NCBI GenBank assembly: GCA_038207395.1 | Contig: JBBQZW010000002.1 | Coordinates: forward strand, 69,752 to 133,751 | Length of the DNA stretch: 64,000 bases | Reading direction: 5' to 3' | Origin: Minisyncoccia bacterium | GTDB taxonomy: Bacteria; Patescibacteriota; Minisyncoccia; Phycocordibacterales; Phycocordibacteraceae | Shown here: piece by piece, positions 46,232-56,732 of the stretch | Position numbering within the stretch: the first letter of the stretch is position 1 | Layout: each line of letters starts with the position of its first letter | The notes under the pieces: generated by a model | What the model saw: the letters and a program-made list of their open reading frames with translations, nothing else | Database searches by the model: none | What the model was told of the DNA's origin: nothing | Program-made: the position numbers and the translations under genes

Positions 46232-47983
46232 ATGCAAGTCTCTGAAAGCGAACTCAAAAATTTCATCCTTGATTCCGGACTCGTGTCACGGAAGGATGTT
46301 GAAGCTGCCGACGAAGAAGCAAAGACGCGTAAGCAGTCTATAGGTGATGTATTGGTATCTGGAGGCATTCTCTCAAGTGATGCCCTTCGTCGCATCAAGG
46401 CGTACGTCCTTGGAATTCCATTCGTGAATGTGAAGGATATGAAGATCCCGTTCGAAATCCTTTCACTCATTCCAGAGCCGATAGCCCGTACCCACAGCAT
46501 TATTGCGTTTAAGAAATCAGACACTGAACTTGAAGTAGCGATGCTCGATACTGAAGACCTGCCGGCTATTGATTCAGTACGTAAGAAAACAGGACTAAAG
46601 ATTCTTCCACGACTTACGGATGATGAGTCAATAAAGCATGCACTCCTTTTGTATCAGAAATCTCTCAAGGAAGAGTTTGGTGATCTTATAACCACAGAAG
46701 CAGGGAAGCTTAAGGTGGTTTCTGAGAATCCTGATGGAGATGCTTCAGGTGAGGACCTTAAAAAGATGGCAGAAGATCTTCCCATTGTACGTATTGTGGA
46801 TACGCTTCTTCGTCACGCCATAATCCAAGGTGCTTCTGATATTCATATTGAGGCCCTTGAGCAGGAAGTACTTGTCCGTTACCGCATTGACGGTATTCTT
46901 CATGACGCCATGACGCTCCCTCGTGCTGCTTCGGCGGGCATCATTGCACGTATTAAGGTGTTGGCGAACCTTAAGCTCGACGAAAAGCGTTTGCCTCAGG
47001 ATGGTCGTTTCAAAATGGAAACAGATGGAGATAAGGTTTCATTTCGTGTCTCGCTCCTACCGACCTATTACGGAGAGAAGATCGTCATGCGTCTTCTTCG
47101 TGAAACAGGGGAGGGCTTCACACTCGACGTTCTTGGACTCCACGGCGCTCCACTCGAACGAATTCACCAAGCCATGCGTCAGACAACAGGAATCATTCTT
47201 ATTTCTGGTCCAACCGGTTCTGGTAAGACGACCACGCTCTATACTATTTTGGACATACTTAATACTCCTGATGTAAATATTTCAACAGTAGAAGATCCGA
47301 TCGAATACCAGATGAAGCGCGTAAATCAAACGCAGGTTAATCCTGTTATTGGATTTACGTTTGCGCAGGGTCTCCGTGCCCTTCTTCGTCAGGACCCAAA
47401 CATTATTATGGTTGGGGAGATTCGAGATGCGGAGACTGCCTCACTTGCTATTAACGCAGCCCTTACGGGTCACCTCGTACTCTCGACTATTCACACAAAC
47501 TCAGCTGCTGGAGCAATCCCTCGTCTTATGGATATGGGTGTTGAGCCATTTCTCCTCGTCTCAACGCTTCGTCTTGTGGTCGGTCAGCGTTTGGTTCGAA
47601 AACTCTGTGATGGAAAAGAACCCTATACGCTTGATAGTGTTGCGCGGGATAAGGTGGCAACCGATGAGAAATTTAAATGTGCGCTCGCAGCCCTTACCGA
47701 AGAAAAGCTTATAAAAGAGGGAACGACTCTTGATACGGTCCCATTTTACAAACCTATGCCCTCAGCAGAATGCGAAGACGGCTACCACAGCCGTATAGGA
47801 ATCCACGAAATTCTTACGGTTTCACCCGCTATACGTGATCTAATCCTTCACGGTGGAACCCCCGACGCTATCGAAGCACAAGGACGGAAAGAAGGAATGC
47901 TTACCATGCTCGAAGATGGCCTATATAAGAGTGCGCGTGGCATCACCAGTCTTGAAGAAGTACTACGCGCCGTATCTGAGTAG
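46232..47983 (+). CDS. pilB: type IV pilus assembly ATPase PilB/GspE family
   Basis: GSPII_E N-domain. Walker A LISGPTGSGKTTTL, Asp box, Walker B, His box. Tetracysteine-like C-terminal region. Start at the ATG at 46232 (RBS AAGAAG). Confidence 0.85.
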   Translation: MQVSESELKNFILDSGLVSRKDVEAADEEAKTRKQSIGDVLVSGGILSSDALRRIKAYVLGIPFVNVKDMKIPFEILSLIPEPIARTHSIIAFKKSDTELEVAMLDTEDLPAIDSVRKKTGLKILPRLTDDESIKHALLLYQKSLKEEFGDLITTEAGKLKVVSENPDGDASGEDLKKMAEDLPIVRIVDTLLRHAIIQGASDIHIEALEQEVLVRYRIDGILHDAMTLPRAASAGIIARIKVLANLKLDEKRLPQDGRFKMETDGDKVSFRVSLLPTYYGEKIVMRLLRETGEGFTLDVLGLHGAPLERIHQAMRQTTGIILISGPTGSGKTTTLYTILDILNTPDVNISTVEDPIEYQMKRVNQTQVNPVIGFTFAQGLRALLRQDPNIIMVGEIRDAETASLAINAALTGHLVLSTIHTNSAAGAIPRLMDMGVEPFLLVSTLRLVVGQRLVRKLCDGKEPYTLDSVARDKVATDEKFKCALAALTEEKLIKEGTTLDTVPFYKPMPSAECEDGYHSRIGIHEILTVSPAIRDLILHGGTPDAIEAQGRKEGMLTMLEDGLYKSARGITSLEEVLRAVSE

Positions 47984-48020
47984 CACGAGGAGAAGGTAAT
48001 CGCATGCTAAAATTTTCATA

Positions 48021-49235
48021 ATGAAATTTAGCGTCACGGTGCACACCACTGAAGGAGAAGACCAGACATCAGTAATGGAAGCGGAGAACCGTTTTGAAAT
48101 TTACTCTAAGGTAGAAAAGAGTGGGGGAGCCGTCACAAAACTAGAAGAAGTTGGCTCGTCTCTCGAACTACCAAAGTGGATGAATATCCGTTTTGGAAGT
48201 GGTATAAAGACCGAGACACGTATTACGTTTACAAAGAACCTCTCCGCAATGCTTGGGGCAGGGCTTACGCTTTCCCGGGCTCTTTCTGTTATTGAACGCC
48301 AAGCTACAAATAAATATTTCAAGGAAGTCATTCAGAAACTTCAAGAAAGCGTAAAAGCTGGTTCTGGATTCCACGAATCATTAGCGCTCTATCCTGCTAT
48401 TTTCTCACGTTTGTTTATCGCGATGACAAAAGCTGGAGAAGAATCAGGAAAACTTTCAGATACTCTTACCGTGGTGGCGCGTCAGATGGAGACATCGAGT
48501 AACTTAACGAAGAAAGTTAAAGGAGCGATGATCTACCCGGGAATTATTCTCTCAGCGATATTCATTATAGGTATCCTCATGCTTATGTTTGTGGTGCCAA
48601 CACTTTCAAGCACGTTCCGCTCTCTGGGTGTTGATCTTCCACTTACGACACGCATTATTGTTTCTTCTTCTGACTTTGTCTTACACAATTCTCTTATTGT
48701 TCTTGGAGGAGTGGGAATCTTTATAGCACTTGCGATAGCTGGTGTACGGAGTGAAAAGGGAAGTAAGGCGGTGCTCTTTGCGTCACTTCATATACCGGTT
48801 ATTGGGGAATTGGTTAAAGAAACGTTCAGTGCGCGCGCAGCGCGCACCTTATCTTCGCTTCTTTCTTCTGGAGTGGAAATGCTAACCGCCATAACCATTG
48901 CCGCTGAAGTAGTCGGGGAAAATGTTTTTGGAGGAGTTCTTAAAGAAGCTGAGGAGCTTGTCCGCAAGGGAGAGCCACTTTCTGCTGCCTTTGATTCACA
49001 TCACGAACTATTTCCAATTTTCGTATCGGAAATGATTTTAGTTGGAGAAGAAACGGGAAAGGTGGCAGACATGCTTGGTCAAGTCGCTGAATATTATGAA
49101 AAAGATGTTGATGAAAAGACTAAAGATCTCTCAACAATTATTGAACCAATCCTCATGCTCTTCATTGGAGTATTCGTTGGTGTGTTCGCACTCTCTATGA
49201 TTGCTCCTATTTACTCACTCTCAAGCAAGATTTAA
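48021..49235 (+). CDS. pilC: type IV pilus platform protein PilC/GspF family
   Basis: Two T2SS-F repeats, three TM segments, 404 aa, immediately after pilB. Confidence 0.8.
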   Translation: MKFSVTVHTTEGEDQTSVMEAENRFEIYSKVEKSGGAVTKLEEVGSSLELPKWMNIRFGSGIKTETRITFTKNLSAMLGAGLTLSRALSVIERQATNKYFKEVIQKLQESVKAGSGFHESLALYPAIFSRLFIAMTKAGEESGKLSDTLTVVARQMETSSNLTKKVKGAMIYPGIILSAIFIIGILMLMFVVPTLSSTFRSLGVDLPLTTRIIVSSSDFVLHNSLIVLGGVGIFIALAIAGVRSEKGSKAVLFASLHIPVIGELVKETFSARAARTLSSLLSSGVEMLTAITIAAEVVGENVFGGVLKEAEELVRKGEPLSAAFDSHHELFPIFVSEMILVGEETGKVADMLGQVAEYYEKDVDEKTKDLSTIIEPILMLFIGVFVGVFALSMIAPIYSLSSKI

Positions 49236-49254
49236 CAGGGTGTATACTGGCGTA

Positions 49255-50091
49255 ATGTACTACGTGGAACGTATGTGGTCCGGTGTTCTAAGTAATCTTG
49301 CTCGTACCAAACACCAACTGGCGCTTCATTCCCCTGATATTCTTCTCGCACTCGTAATTTTAATAGCGGGGTATATCTTTTATCGTGCGACTGCGTCAAT
49401 TTTTCGTAAACTCCTACTGCGAAGTCGCATACAGGACGCATTTGCAAGTCTTCTCATAAATAATGTCTATAAAATATTCGTTGCCGTTATTACGATTATC
49501 ACTGCAGCAGGTCAGCTTGGGTTAAACATAACCGCCCCCCTCGCCGGAATTGGAATCTTAGGTATTGCCGTTGGTTTTGCAGCTCAGGATTCACTCTCTA
49601 ATATTATTGCAGGTTTCCTCATTTTCTTTGATAAGCCGTTTCGTGTTCGGGACTATGTAACTATTGGAGATAACTATGGCCGCGTTGAGCTTATAACAAT
49701 GCGTAGCACGCGTATCCGAACGCAAGATAATAAATACGTAGTTATTCCAAACCAAAAAATTATTAATGAGGTACTTGTTGATCATTCAACGAATGGAGAT
49801 ACTCGTTTAATTGTTCCAGTAACCATTACGTACGAAGCATCATTAGAAACCGCACGTGAATCTATTCTTTCAAAATTTGCAGCAATAGACGGAATCCTTA
49901 AGAAACCAGCAGCAGACGTAGTGGTTGATAAGCTTGCAGACTCAGGAGTGAATCTCCAAGCGCGGTTCTGGATTGCGAATGCTGCTGATGAACGCAAATA
50001 TCATTTCATTGCAACTGAAGCAGTAAAAAATGCGCTACACGAAAGTAATGTAGCTATTGCGTATCCGCATATTCAGATTATTTCAAAGTAG
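49255..50091 (+). CDS. small-conductance mechanosensitive channel MscS family
   Basis: TM helices followed by the conserved beta-domain (NIIAGFLIFFDKPFRVRDYVTIGDNYGRVELITMRSTRIRTQDNKYVVIPN). Confidence 0.75.
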   Translation: MYYVERMWSGVLSNLARTKHQLALHSPDILLALVILIAGYIFYRATASIFRKLLLRSRIQDAFASLLINNVYKIFVAVITIITAAGQLGLNITAPLAGIGILGIAVGFAAQDSLSNIIAGFLIFFDKPFRVRDYVTIGDNYGRVELITMRSTRIRTQDNKYVVIPNQKIINEVLVDHSTNGDTRLIVPVTITYEASLETARESILSKFAAIDGILKKPAADVVVDKLADSGVNLQARFWIANAADERKYHFIATEAVKNALHESNVAIAYPHIQIISK

Positions 50092-50138
50092 CTTTCGTGT
50101 GTGCGGTATCATACGAAGGTATGCATACGAGCGCCCGA

Positions 50139-51833
50139 ATGCGAGGCATGTCCTTTATGGATGTCATTATTGGAACGGCGCTTATGCTTATTATTTTTAC
50201 CGCGCTTGTTGGTCTTCTCCGTACCTCGCTCCAAGTAGCTTCACTCGCAAAAACACGCTCAATTGCCACAACTATTGCAGAAAGTCAGATGGAATATATT
50301 CGTTCGCTTTCCTATGACCAAGTAGGAACAATTGGTGGAATTCCAGCCGGAACAATTCCACAAATTTCAACAACTACCCAAAATGGGATTTCATTTCCAG
50401 TACGTACGTTAATTGAATATGTTGATGATGCTGCCGACGGAGTAGGAGCTGCAGATACAAACGGTATATCCACTGACTACAAGCGTATTAAGGTGAGTGT
50501 CACGTATGTGGCAAACAAACGGACTCAGACTATAGATCTCAATTCAGTGTATTCGCCACTTGGTCTGGAGACTACGACCGGGGGAGGGACGCTAAAAGTG
50601 AGTGTGGTTAATGCAGTAGGCGCCGGCGTAGCCGGCGCCTCAGTCCACATAACAAACTCAAGCATAAGTCCGACCGTTGACCTTACAACTTTTTCAAACG
50701 CACTCGGAATTGTTTTTCTTCCTGGCGCTCCAACATCAACGCAATACCAGATCGAAGTATCAAAAACAGCGTATTCAAACGCGCAAACCTATGCGCGAGA
50801 TGCGACTAATCAAAACCCAACGCCTGGGTACCTGACGGTAGTCCGTAATCAAACAACAACAGGTACGTTTGCGATTGATCTTCTGTCTACCCTTGCGGTC
50901 AAAACGTTTTATCCTATCGCATCATCAACGTACGCTGACACCTTCTCATCAAGTTCTGGGGTAACGTCGACAACCAATACTGCAGTCATAAGTGGTGGTG
51001 TTCAACTCACAAACGATATAAATGGATATGCTCTATCAGGAAACGTGAAGAGTAGTACTCAAACGCCGACGTATTTAGCTGGATGGGGTATGGCAATCGC
51101 CACGACAACGCTCCCTGCAGGAACATCTATTCGTTTCCATATCACTACAGGTTCAGGTGTACTGCTTCCCGACACCGCTCTTCCAGGGAATGCCTCTGGA
51201 TTTACCGGTAGTGTCTGGCTTGGTTCACTTTCTACTAGCACATACCCTGCATTAGCACTGTCTGCTGATCTTACGACGACCTCAACCAGCTCAACACCCA
51301 TACTTCAAGACTGGTCATTGTCGTATGCGCGAGGACCAATTCCATTCCCGAATGTATCGTTTAGCCTTACCGGTGTTAAAACCATTGGCTCAACGGGAGC
51401 CGGTGCGCCTCTGTATAAGACAAATGTGTCTAGTACTACGGGTGCGTCAGGAGTAAGCACTCTTTCACTTGAATGGGATGCTTATACGCTTGTGCTCCCT
51501 GCGTATGACGTAATCTCAGCCTGCAATGCACCGCCATACTCACTCTCTCCTGGTACGTCTTCAAATACGTCACTCATACTTGCTACGAGTACGTCACATA
51601 TGGCACTTGTTTCAGTTCGTGATGTAAATGGCGCAGTAGCCGGAGCTTCTGTGACCATATCTCGTTCTGGATTTTCCAAGACGGTGATAACTGATTCTTG
51701 TGGCAGTGCGTACTTTGGAGGACTTACCAGCTCTACGTACGACGTTAGTTCATCAAAGACCGGCTATACTACCTTTAATGCGACAAGTATTCCAATCTCC
51801 GGACATGTCTTCTACTCTGTATCGATGGAATAG
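50139..51833 (+). CDS. large prepilin-like (pseudopilin/minor pilin) protein
   Basis: Start MRGMSFMDVIIGTALMLIIFTALVGLL is a prepilin-type leader plus helix, with Asp at +5. 564 aa, Thr/Ser-rich beta-rich body. Confidence 0.5.
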   Translation: MRGMSFMDVIIGTALMLIIFTALVGLLRTSLQVASLAKTRSIATTIAESQMEYIRSLSYDQVGTIGGIPAGTIPQISTTTQNGISFPVRTLIEYVDDAADGVGAADTNGISTDYKRIKVSVTYVANKRTQTIDLNSVYSPLGLETTTGGGTLKVSVVNAVGAGVAGASVHITNSSISPTVDLTTFSNALGIVFLPGAPTSTQYQIEVSKTAYSNAQTYARDATNQNPTPGYLTVVRNQTTTGTFAIDLLSTLAVKTFYPIASSTYADTFSSSSGVTSTTNTAVISGGVQLTNDINGYALSGNVKSSTQTPTYLAGWGMAIATTTLPAGTSIRFHITTGSGVLLPDTALPGNASGFTGSVWLGSLSTSTYPALALSADLTTTSTSSTPILQDWSLSYARGPIPFPNVSFSLTGVKTIGSTGAGAPLYKTNVSSTTGASGVSTLSLEWDAYTLVLPAYDVISACNAPPYSLSPGTSSNTSLILATSTSHMALVSVRDVNGAVAGASVTISRSGFSKTVITDSCGSAYFGGLTSSTYDVSSSKTGYTTFNATSIPISGHVFYSVSME

Positions 51834-52422
51834 TGTATCTCGAGGAATGACCCTCGTTGAGCTTCTTGTAACCATATCAATCCTTACCGTAGTGAATATT
51901 GCACTCATGACGTTGATACAGTCTTTCTATAAAAATAATAATTATTTAATAGAGGAAACTTCAGCGCTTGCTAGCGCACGCAAAGGAGTTAATGATGCAA
52001 TAGTTTCCTTGCGTGAAGCTTCGTATGGGGATGATGGTTCATACCCTATTGCTTCAGCAGCCACGTCAACCGTAACCCTATACGCGGATATTGACTCTGA
52101 TGAAACGGTGGAGCGCGTAAAATACATACTTACCAATGGAACGCTGTACCGGACACTTACGAACTCTAGTGGTAGTCCTGCAGCCTACCCAGCAGTGTCA
52201 CAGTCAACGACTACAGTCGCTACAAACGTTCGTAATACTAATGCGACTCCGCTTTTTACGTACTATGACGATACTGGTACCCAGCTCTCAACCACGTCAA
52301 CAAACGTTGCCTCAATATCTTCTGTGCGAGTCCAGGTGTTAGTTGACCTTAATCCAAACCGCGCGCCGAACGTGTTTACACTATCCCAGTCAGCAACGTT
52401 ACGTAATCTACAACGACAATAG
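51805..52422 (+). CDS. prepilin-type N-terminal cleavage/methylation domain protein
   Basis: ...SRG|MTLVELLVTISILTVV is a classic G|xxxxE prepilin site. Overlaps the end of the previous gene by 29 nt in another frame. Confidence 0.55.
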   Translation: MSSTLYRWNSVSRGMTLVELLVTISILTVVNIALMTLIQSFYKNNNYLIEETSALASARKGVNDAIVSLREASYGDDGSYPIASAATSTVTLYADIDSDETVERVKYILTNGTLYRTLTNSSGSPAAYPAVSQSTTTVATNVRNTNATPLFTYYDDTGTQLSTTSTNVASISSVRVQVLVDLNPNRAPNVFTLSQSATLRNLQRQ

Positions 52423-52423
52423 T

Positions 52424-53836
52424 ATGAGACGGAAACAGCCACGCGGATTTCTTATGCTTCTCGCTATCGTGTTTGGTGCAGTATTTCTTACGATACTCGG
52501 AGCGCTTTCCAGTTTTTCTATAACGCAAAATCATTTTCAGTCATCTACAACAGGGAAATCAAAGGCACTCTCACTCGCGGAGGCAGGACTTGAATACTAC
52601 CGCTGGTTCTTGGCACATAACCCGACCGATCTTCAGAACGGTACTGGTCAGCCAGGTCCGTATGTTATTACGCAAAACGATCCTGAAGGAGGGAGTATTG
52701 GTACCTACTCGCTTGCTATCACGGGAAACCAATCATGCGGACAGATTACCTCTATCGATATTACCTCAACGGGAAGACCTTCTGACGGTTCGAATACCTC
52801 CCGCACCATAAAGGCTCGATACGCTCAACCTACGGTTGCGCAGTACTCATACATTATTAATGACAGTGTATGGGCAGGAAGTGATCGTGTTATTAACGGC
52901 CCTTATCACTCAAATGGCGGTGTACGCATGGATGGAACAGCAAATTCACGCGTCACAAGTTCACTTTCTTCTTGGTTGTGTACAAGCAGTTTCGGATGTT
53001 CACCGGATCAAACAAAGAATGGTGTCTTTGGGGCTAGTACTAACAGTACACTCTGGAGTTATCCCGTGCCGCAGGTGGATTTCTCAGGAATTTCCGCAGA
53101 CTTTGGCACCCTTAAAACTAAGGCGCAGTCACTAGGTTTATACTATGCGCGCTATAGCTCTGGAAACGCCGGTACAACAAATTACGCACGAGGGTACCAC
53201 CTCATCTTTAATGCAGACGGAACCGTCACGGTAAAGAGGGTGTCGAATACTGCATCGCTATCCGTTCAGCCAATTAATCCTGCAGACTCTACCACTGATC
53301 GTACGGTTATAACGAATGAAACTACCTTAGGCACATACGCGGTCCCTTCGACCTGCGGTCTTATATATGTGGAAGATAACGTATGGGTTGAGGGAGTTAT
53401 TACCAAAAAAGTAACCTTGGTAGCGGCGAACGTGGTTAATGCTGGAGTCGCGCCTTCAGCGATGCTTCCCAACAATATTACCTATAGTGGAACTTCGGCA
53501 GGACTTACTCTTATTGCAGAAAATGATGTTCTGGTAACTGGTGCCTCACCGAACACCATGACCCTAAACGGTATCTTTATCGCACAGGACGGAGCTTTTG
53601 GACGTAATTATTATGGATGCCCAAGTAGTTATGAACCACGTACTACGCTCACTATTCAAGGCACTACCGTTTCAAATAAACGTACCGGTACTAAATGGAT
53701 AAACGGCTGTTCGAGTGGGGATGCGGGGTACCAAACCCGAAATGACGCATATGATCGTACGCTTGCAACAGATCCTCCGCCGTTCACTCCAAATATTTCA
53801 ACAGACTATCAGTTTGTTGACTGGCATGAGCAGTAG
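52424..53836 (+). CDS. PilX-N-like large minor-pilin/tip-associated protein
   Basis: MRRKQPRGFLMLLAIVFGAVFLTILGALS resembles the PilX N-terminal domain. 470 aa secreted body. Confidence 0.45.
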   Translation: MRRKQPRGFLMLLAIVFGAVFLTILGALSSFSITQNHFQSSTTGKSKALSLAEAGLEYYRWFLAHNPTDLQNGTGQPGPYVITQNDPEGGSIGTYSLAITGNQSCGQITSIDITSTGRPSDGSNTSRTIKARYAQPTVAQYSYIINDSVWAGSDRVINGPYHSNGGVRMDGTANSRVTSSLSSWLCTSSFGCSPDQTKNGVFGASTNSTLWSYPVPQVDFSGISADFGTLKTKAQSLGLYYARYSSGNAGTTNYARGYHLIFNADGTVTVKRVSNTASLSVQPINPADSTTDRTVITNETTLGTYAVPSTCGLIYVEDNVWVEGVITKKVTLVAANVVNAGVAPSAMLPNNITYSGTSAGLTLIAENDVLVTGASPNTMTLNGIFIAQDGAFGRNYYGCPSSYEPRTTLTIQGTTVSNKRTGTKWINGCSSGDAGYQTRNDAYDRTLATDPPPFTPNISTDYQFVDWHEQ

Positions 53837-53893
53837 AATGTAGAGGTGTCTCAGATCTGAGCTTTCATAGGTCGACATGATACGATTAGCTCA

Positions 53894-54634
53894 ATGCTTA
53901 TCGTTGCTAACTGGAAGGCCTATGTTGAGTCAGTATCTAAGGCAAAAGCGCTTGTCGTTTCCGCAAAGAAACTTGGAATTAAAAAAGGAGTGGAGATAAT
54001 TATTGCTCCACCTGCGCCGTACCTAGGGCTGTTGGTACAAAAGCGAAGCACTATAGCTTTTGCGTCACAGGATATTTCTGACTCTACGGGAGGTGCTTCC
54101 ACTGGTGAAATAACTGCGGCGTTACTTCATGATTTAGGAGTTTCATACACTATCATTGGCCATTCCGAACGTCGTGCAATGGGAGAACAAGACGCTCGCA
54201 TTTCATCTAAGGTCCAGCGCGCGCTTGCGCAAGGACTTATTCCCATTGTGTGCATAGGAGAGCATGAACGTGATAGCGAAGCTACATACCTTCAATTTCT
54301 TCGAGCTCAGGTTTCGAGCATCTTCTCTCCACTTGAACTACAAGAACGCAGGCGAGTCATTCTTGCGTATGAACCACTATGGGCGATAGGTAAGAGCGCT
54401 GCAGAATCCATAACCCCTCATGACCTGCATGAAATGGTTCTGTATATCCGCAAAGTAGTTAGTGATTTTCTTCCTGGAGCAGCGGCAGATAAGATTCCTG
54501 TGCTGTATGGCGGTTCCGTAGAGCCGGCTAATATTCGTTTACTCGCTAGCGGAAGCCAGGTAGATGGATTTCTCGTGGGACATGCAAGCGTTGAAGTTGC
54601 AACTTTTTCTGCACTCGTAAAAGCTATTTCGTAA
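53894..54634 (+). CDS. tpiA: triosephosphate isomerase
   Basis: LIVANWKAY...IIGHSERR...YEPLWAIG(K)S TIM motifs. Confidence 0.85.
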   Translation: MLIVANWKAYVESVSKAKALVVSAKKLGIKKGVEIIIAPPAPYLGLLVQKRSTIAFASQDISDSTGGASTGEITAALLHDLGVSYTIIGHSERRAMGEQDARISSKVQRALAQGLIPIVCIGEHERDSEATYLQFLRAQVSSIFSPLELQERRRVILAYEPLWAIGKSAAESITPHDLHEMVLYIRKVVSDFLPGAAADKIPVLYGGSVEPANIRLLASGSQVDGFLVGHASVEVATFSALVKAIS

Positions 54635-55347
54635 TGATCAAGATTGTATTTTTTGCGATCATCGCCACGATCTTCCTTGGATTTATGTACTATGGTGCTC
54701 GTTTTATGAGCGCGATGCAGCGATCAAAAGTTCTTATACAAAAGGCTATGCCATACACGCTTGATTCAGGGGCAGGTTTTTCCATGCTGGTACTTGGCGA
54801 TAGTACCGCTGCAGGTATAGGTGCGGATAAACCAGAAGATACGGTGCCCGGGAGAATAGCGGATGAACTTAATGCTACACACGTAGAGAATTATGCTGTT
54901 TCTGGAGCGGTAGTTGATGACCTGGTACTGCAGATTACTGAAGCGCGCCAGACTTCATATGATTTTATTTTAGTGCAGATAGGAGGGAATGACATTACTC
55001 GTCTTCATCCTGCAGTACAAACGGCACAAACACTTACTTTCATTCTTAAAACGTTACCTCCAGCAAAGCAGGTGCTCGTTGTTTCAGCCGGTGATGTGGG
55101 TGCTGCAACTATTATCCCTCCCTTTTTTCGACCAATCTTTACCAAATTAAACTTGGCGTATCATGCTGAATTTGCAAAAGATTTAGGTGCAGAAGGTATT
55201 ACGTATGTGAATCTACATGAAGCGCCTGACAATGAGCTTTTTACAACGCACCCTGAGATATACCTTGCTGTAGATGGATTCCATCCTTCGGGGGCAGGGT
55301 ATGGACTTTGGTTTAATGCCATTAAGCCGCACCTTATCGTTCAGTAA
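54634..55347 (+). CDS. SGNH/GDSL family hydrolase
   Basis: N-terminal TM. LVLGDSTAAGIGA GDS(L) block. Downstream DGFHPS block carries the catalytic His. Confidence 0.6.
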   Translation: MIKIVFFAIIATIFLGFMYYGARFMSAMQRSKVLIQKAMPYTLDSGAGFSMLVLGDSTAAGIGADKPEDTVPGRIADELNATHVENYAVSGAVVDDLVLQITEARQTSYDFILVQIGGNDITRLHPAVQTAQTLTFILKTLPPAKQVLVVSAGDVGAATIIPPFFRPIFTKLNLAYHAEFAKDLGAEGITYVNLHEAPDNELFTTHPEIYLAVDGFHPSGAGYGLWFNAIKPHLIVQ

Positions 55348-55353
55348 GGTTAC

Positions 55354-55560
55354 TTAGAGCAAGCCACTATTTCCGATCTGGGCATAGGTATTTAAGAATG
55401 AAGGAATCGCAAGAGCGAGTCCAATAAGGGGAAGGATAAAAAGAGCAAGGGTGATAACACCAGTCCATAAGAAATACTTTCGAAGTTTTTCAACTGACGA
55501 ATACATCTTATCTACTTTTTCTTCAAGCACGGCGAGTCGTTGGGTGAGTTCTGGTTCCAT
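55354..55560 (-). CDS. small membrane protein, hypothetical
   Basis: 68 aa with a coiled N-terminus and one TM helix. Confidence 0.3.
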   Translation of the reverse strand: MEPELTQRLAVLEEKVDKMYSSVEKLRKYFLWTGVITLALFILPLIGLALAIPSFLNTYAQIGNSGLL

Positions 55561-55574
55561 GCAGATAGTATAGC

Positions 55575-56732
55575 GTGCGGTATCATAGTGAGATGAGGAA
55601 CGTTACGGAAATCCCACGATTAGAAAACATACCGGTACTCGTGCGTACGGCACTAAACGTGCCTGTTGAGAATGGGAAGGTTGTAAATACCTTTCGCCTT
55701 CGTTCAGCATTACCAACCATTGAATTTCTACGGAAGAAAGGAGCGCGCGTGATACTTGTTGGTCATTTTGGTGACAAAGGAACAGAAACACTCGAGCCGG
55801 TATATGCCGCAATGAAGGATTTGGTACCAGGAATAGTATGGTGCCCGGTAACTGTTGGCCCCGAAGCACGTGCCGCAGTACGAGCACTGCCTCCAGGCGG
55901 AGTGATAATGCTTGAGAATGTACGTCGAGATAAAGGGGAAACAGGAAATAGTCCTGAGTTTGCCGCAAAGCTTGCTGAGCTTGCCGACATCTTTGTCGAG
56001 GACTCATTTGATGTGTGTCACCGAGAACATGCTTCTGTTGTTGGTGTACCAGCATTACTTGCGCCATATGCAGGTCTTCAAGTTATGAAAGAAGTGGATG
56101 AACTGACCAAAGCACTTTCACCAAAAAGTCCCTCAATTGCCATAATTGGAGGTGCGAAATTTACAACCAAAGAACCCGTACTAGCAAAGCTTCTTGAGAA
56201 ATATGATCGTGTATTTGTCGGAGGAGCGCTCGCGAATGATTTTATGGTCGCGTCAGGCCATTCGGTTGGAAAATCACTTGTATCAAGTGGGGTTGATGAA
56301 CTTGCAATACGTTCATTACTCAAAAACCCAAAACTCATGTTGCCGCTCGATGAGATAGCGGCGCCTGAAGGCGCCGCTCGTGCAGAGGGAAACGTCTTTG
56401 CGCTCGATCGTGTGCCTAAAACTGCAGCAGTCTATGACGATGGTCCAAAAACATCCGAAGCACTAGCTACATTTATTTCTGGTGCGCATACCGTTTTGTG
56501 GAATGGTCCTCTTGGTTTATATGAAAAAGGTTTTACCGATGGTACGGAATTACTAGCACAAGCTATAGGTGCGTCTAGTGCGTACTCAATACTAGGCGGG
56601 GGAGACACGGTTGCTGCTGTTGAAAATCTGGGTCTCAGCCATCGTTTTTCTTTTATTTCAACCGGAGGAGGAGCAATGCTTGATTTCCTCGCTAAAGGAA
56701 CCCTTCCAGGACTCCGCGCGCTAGAGCGCTAG
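55575..56732 (+). CDS. pgk: phosphoglycerate kinase
   Basis: VLVRTALNVP N-domain and FISTGGGAMLDFLAKG C-domain signatures. Confidence 0.85.
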   Translation: MRYHSEMRNVTEIPRLENIPVLVRTALNVPVENGKVVNTFRLRSALPTIEFLRKKGARVILVGHFGDKGTETLEPVYAAMKDLVPGIVWCPVTVGPEARAAVRALPPGGVIMLENVRRDKGETGNSPEFAAKLAELADIFVEDSFDVCHREHASVVGVPALLAPYAGLQVMKEVDELTKALSPKSPSIAIIGGAKFTTKEPVLAKLLEKYDRVFVGGALANDFMVASGHSVGKSLVSSGVDELAIRSLLKNPKLMLPLDEIAAPEGAARAEGNVFALDRVPKTAAVYDDGPKTSEALATFISGAHTVLWNGPLGLYEKGFTDGTELLAQAIGASSAYSILGGGDTVAAVENLGLSHRFSFISTGGGAMLDFLAKGTLPGLRALER

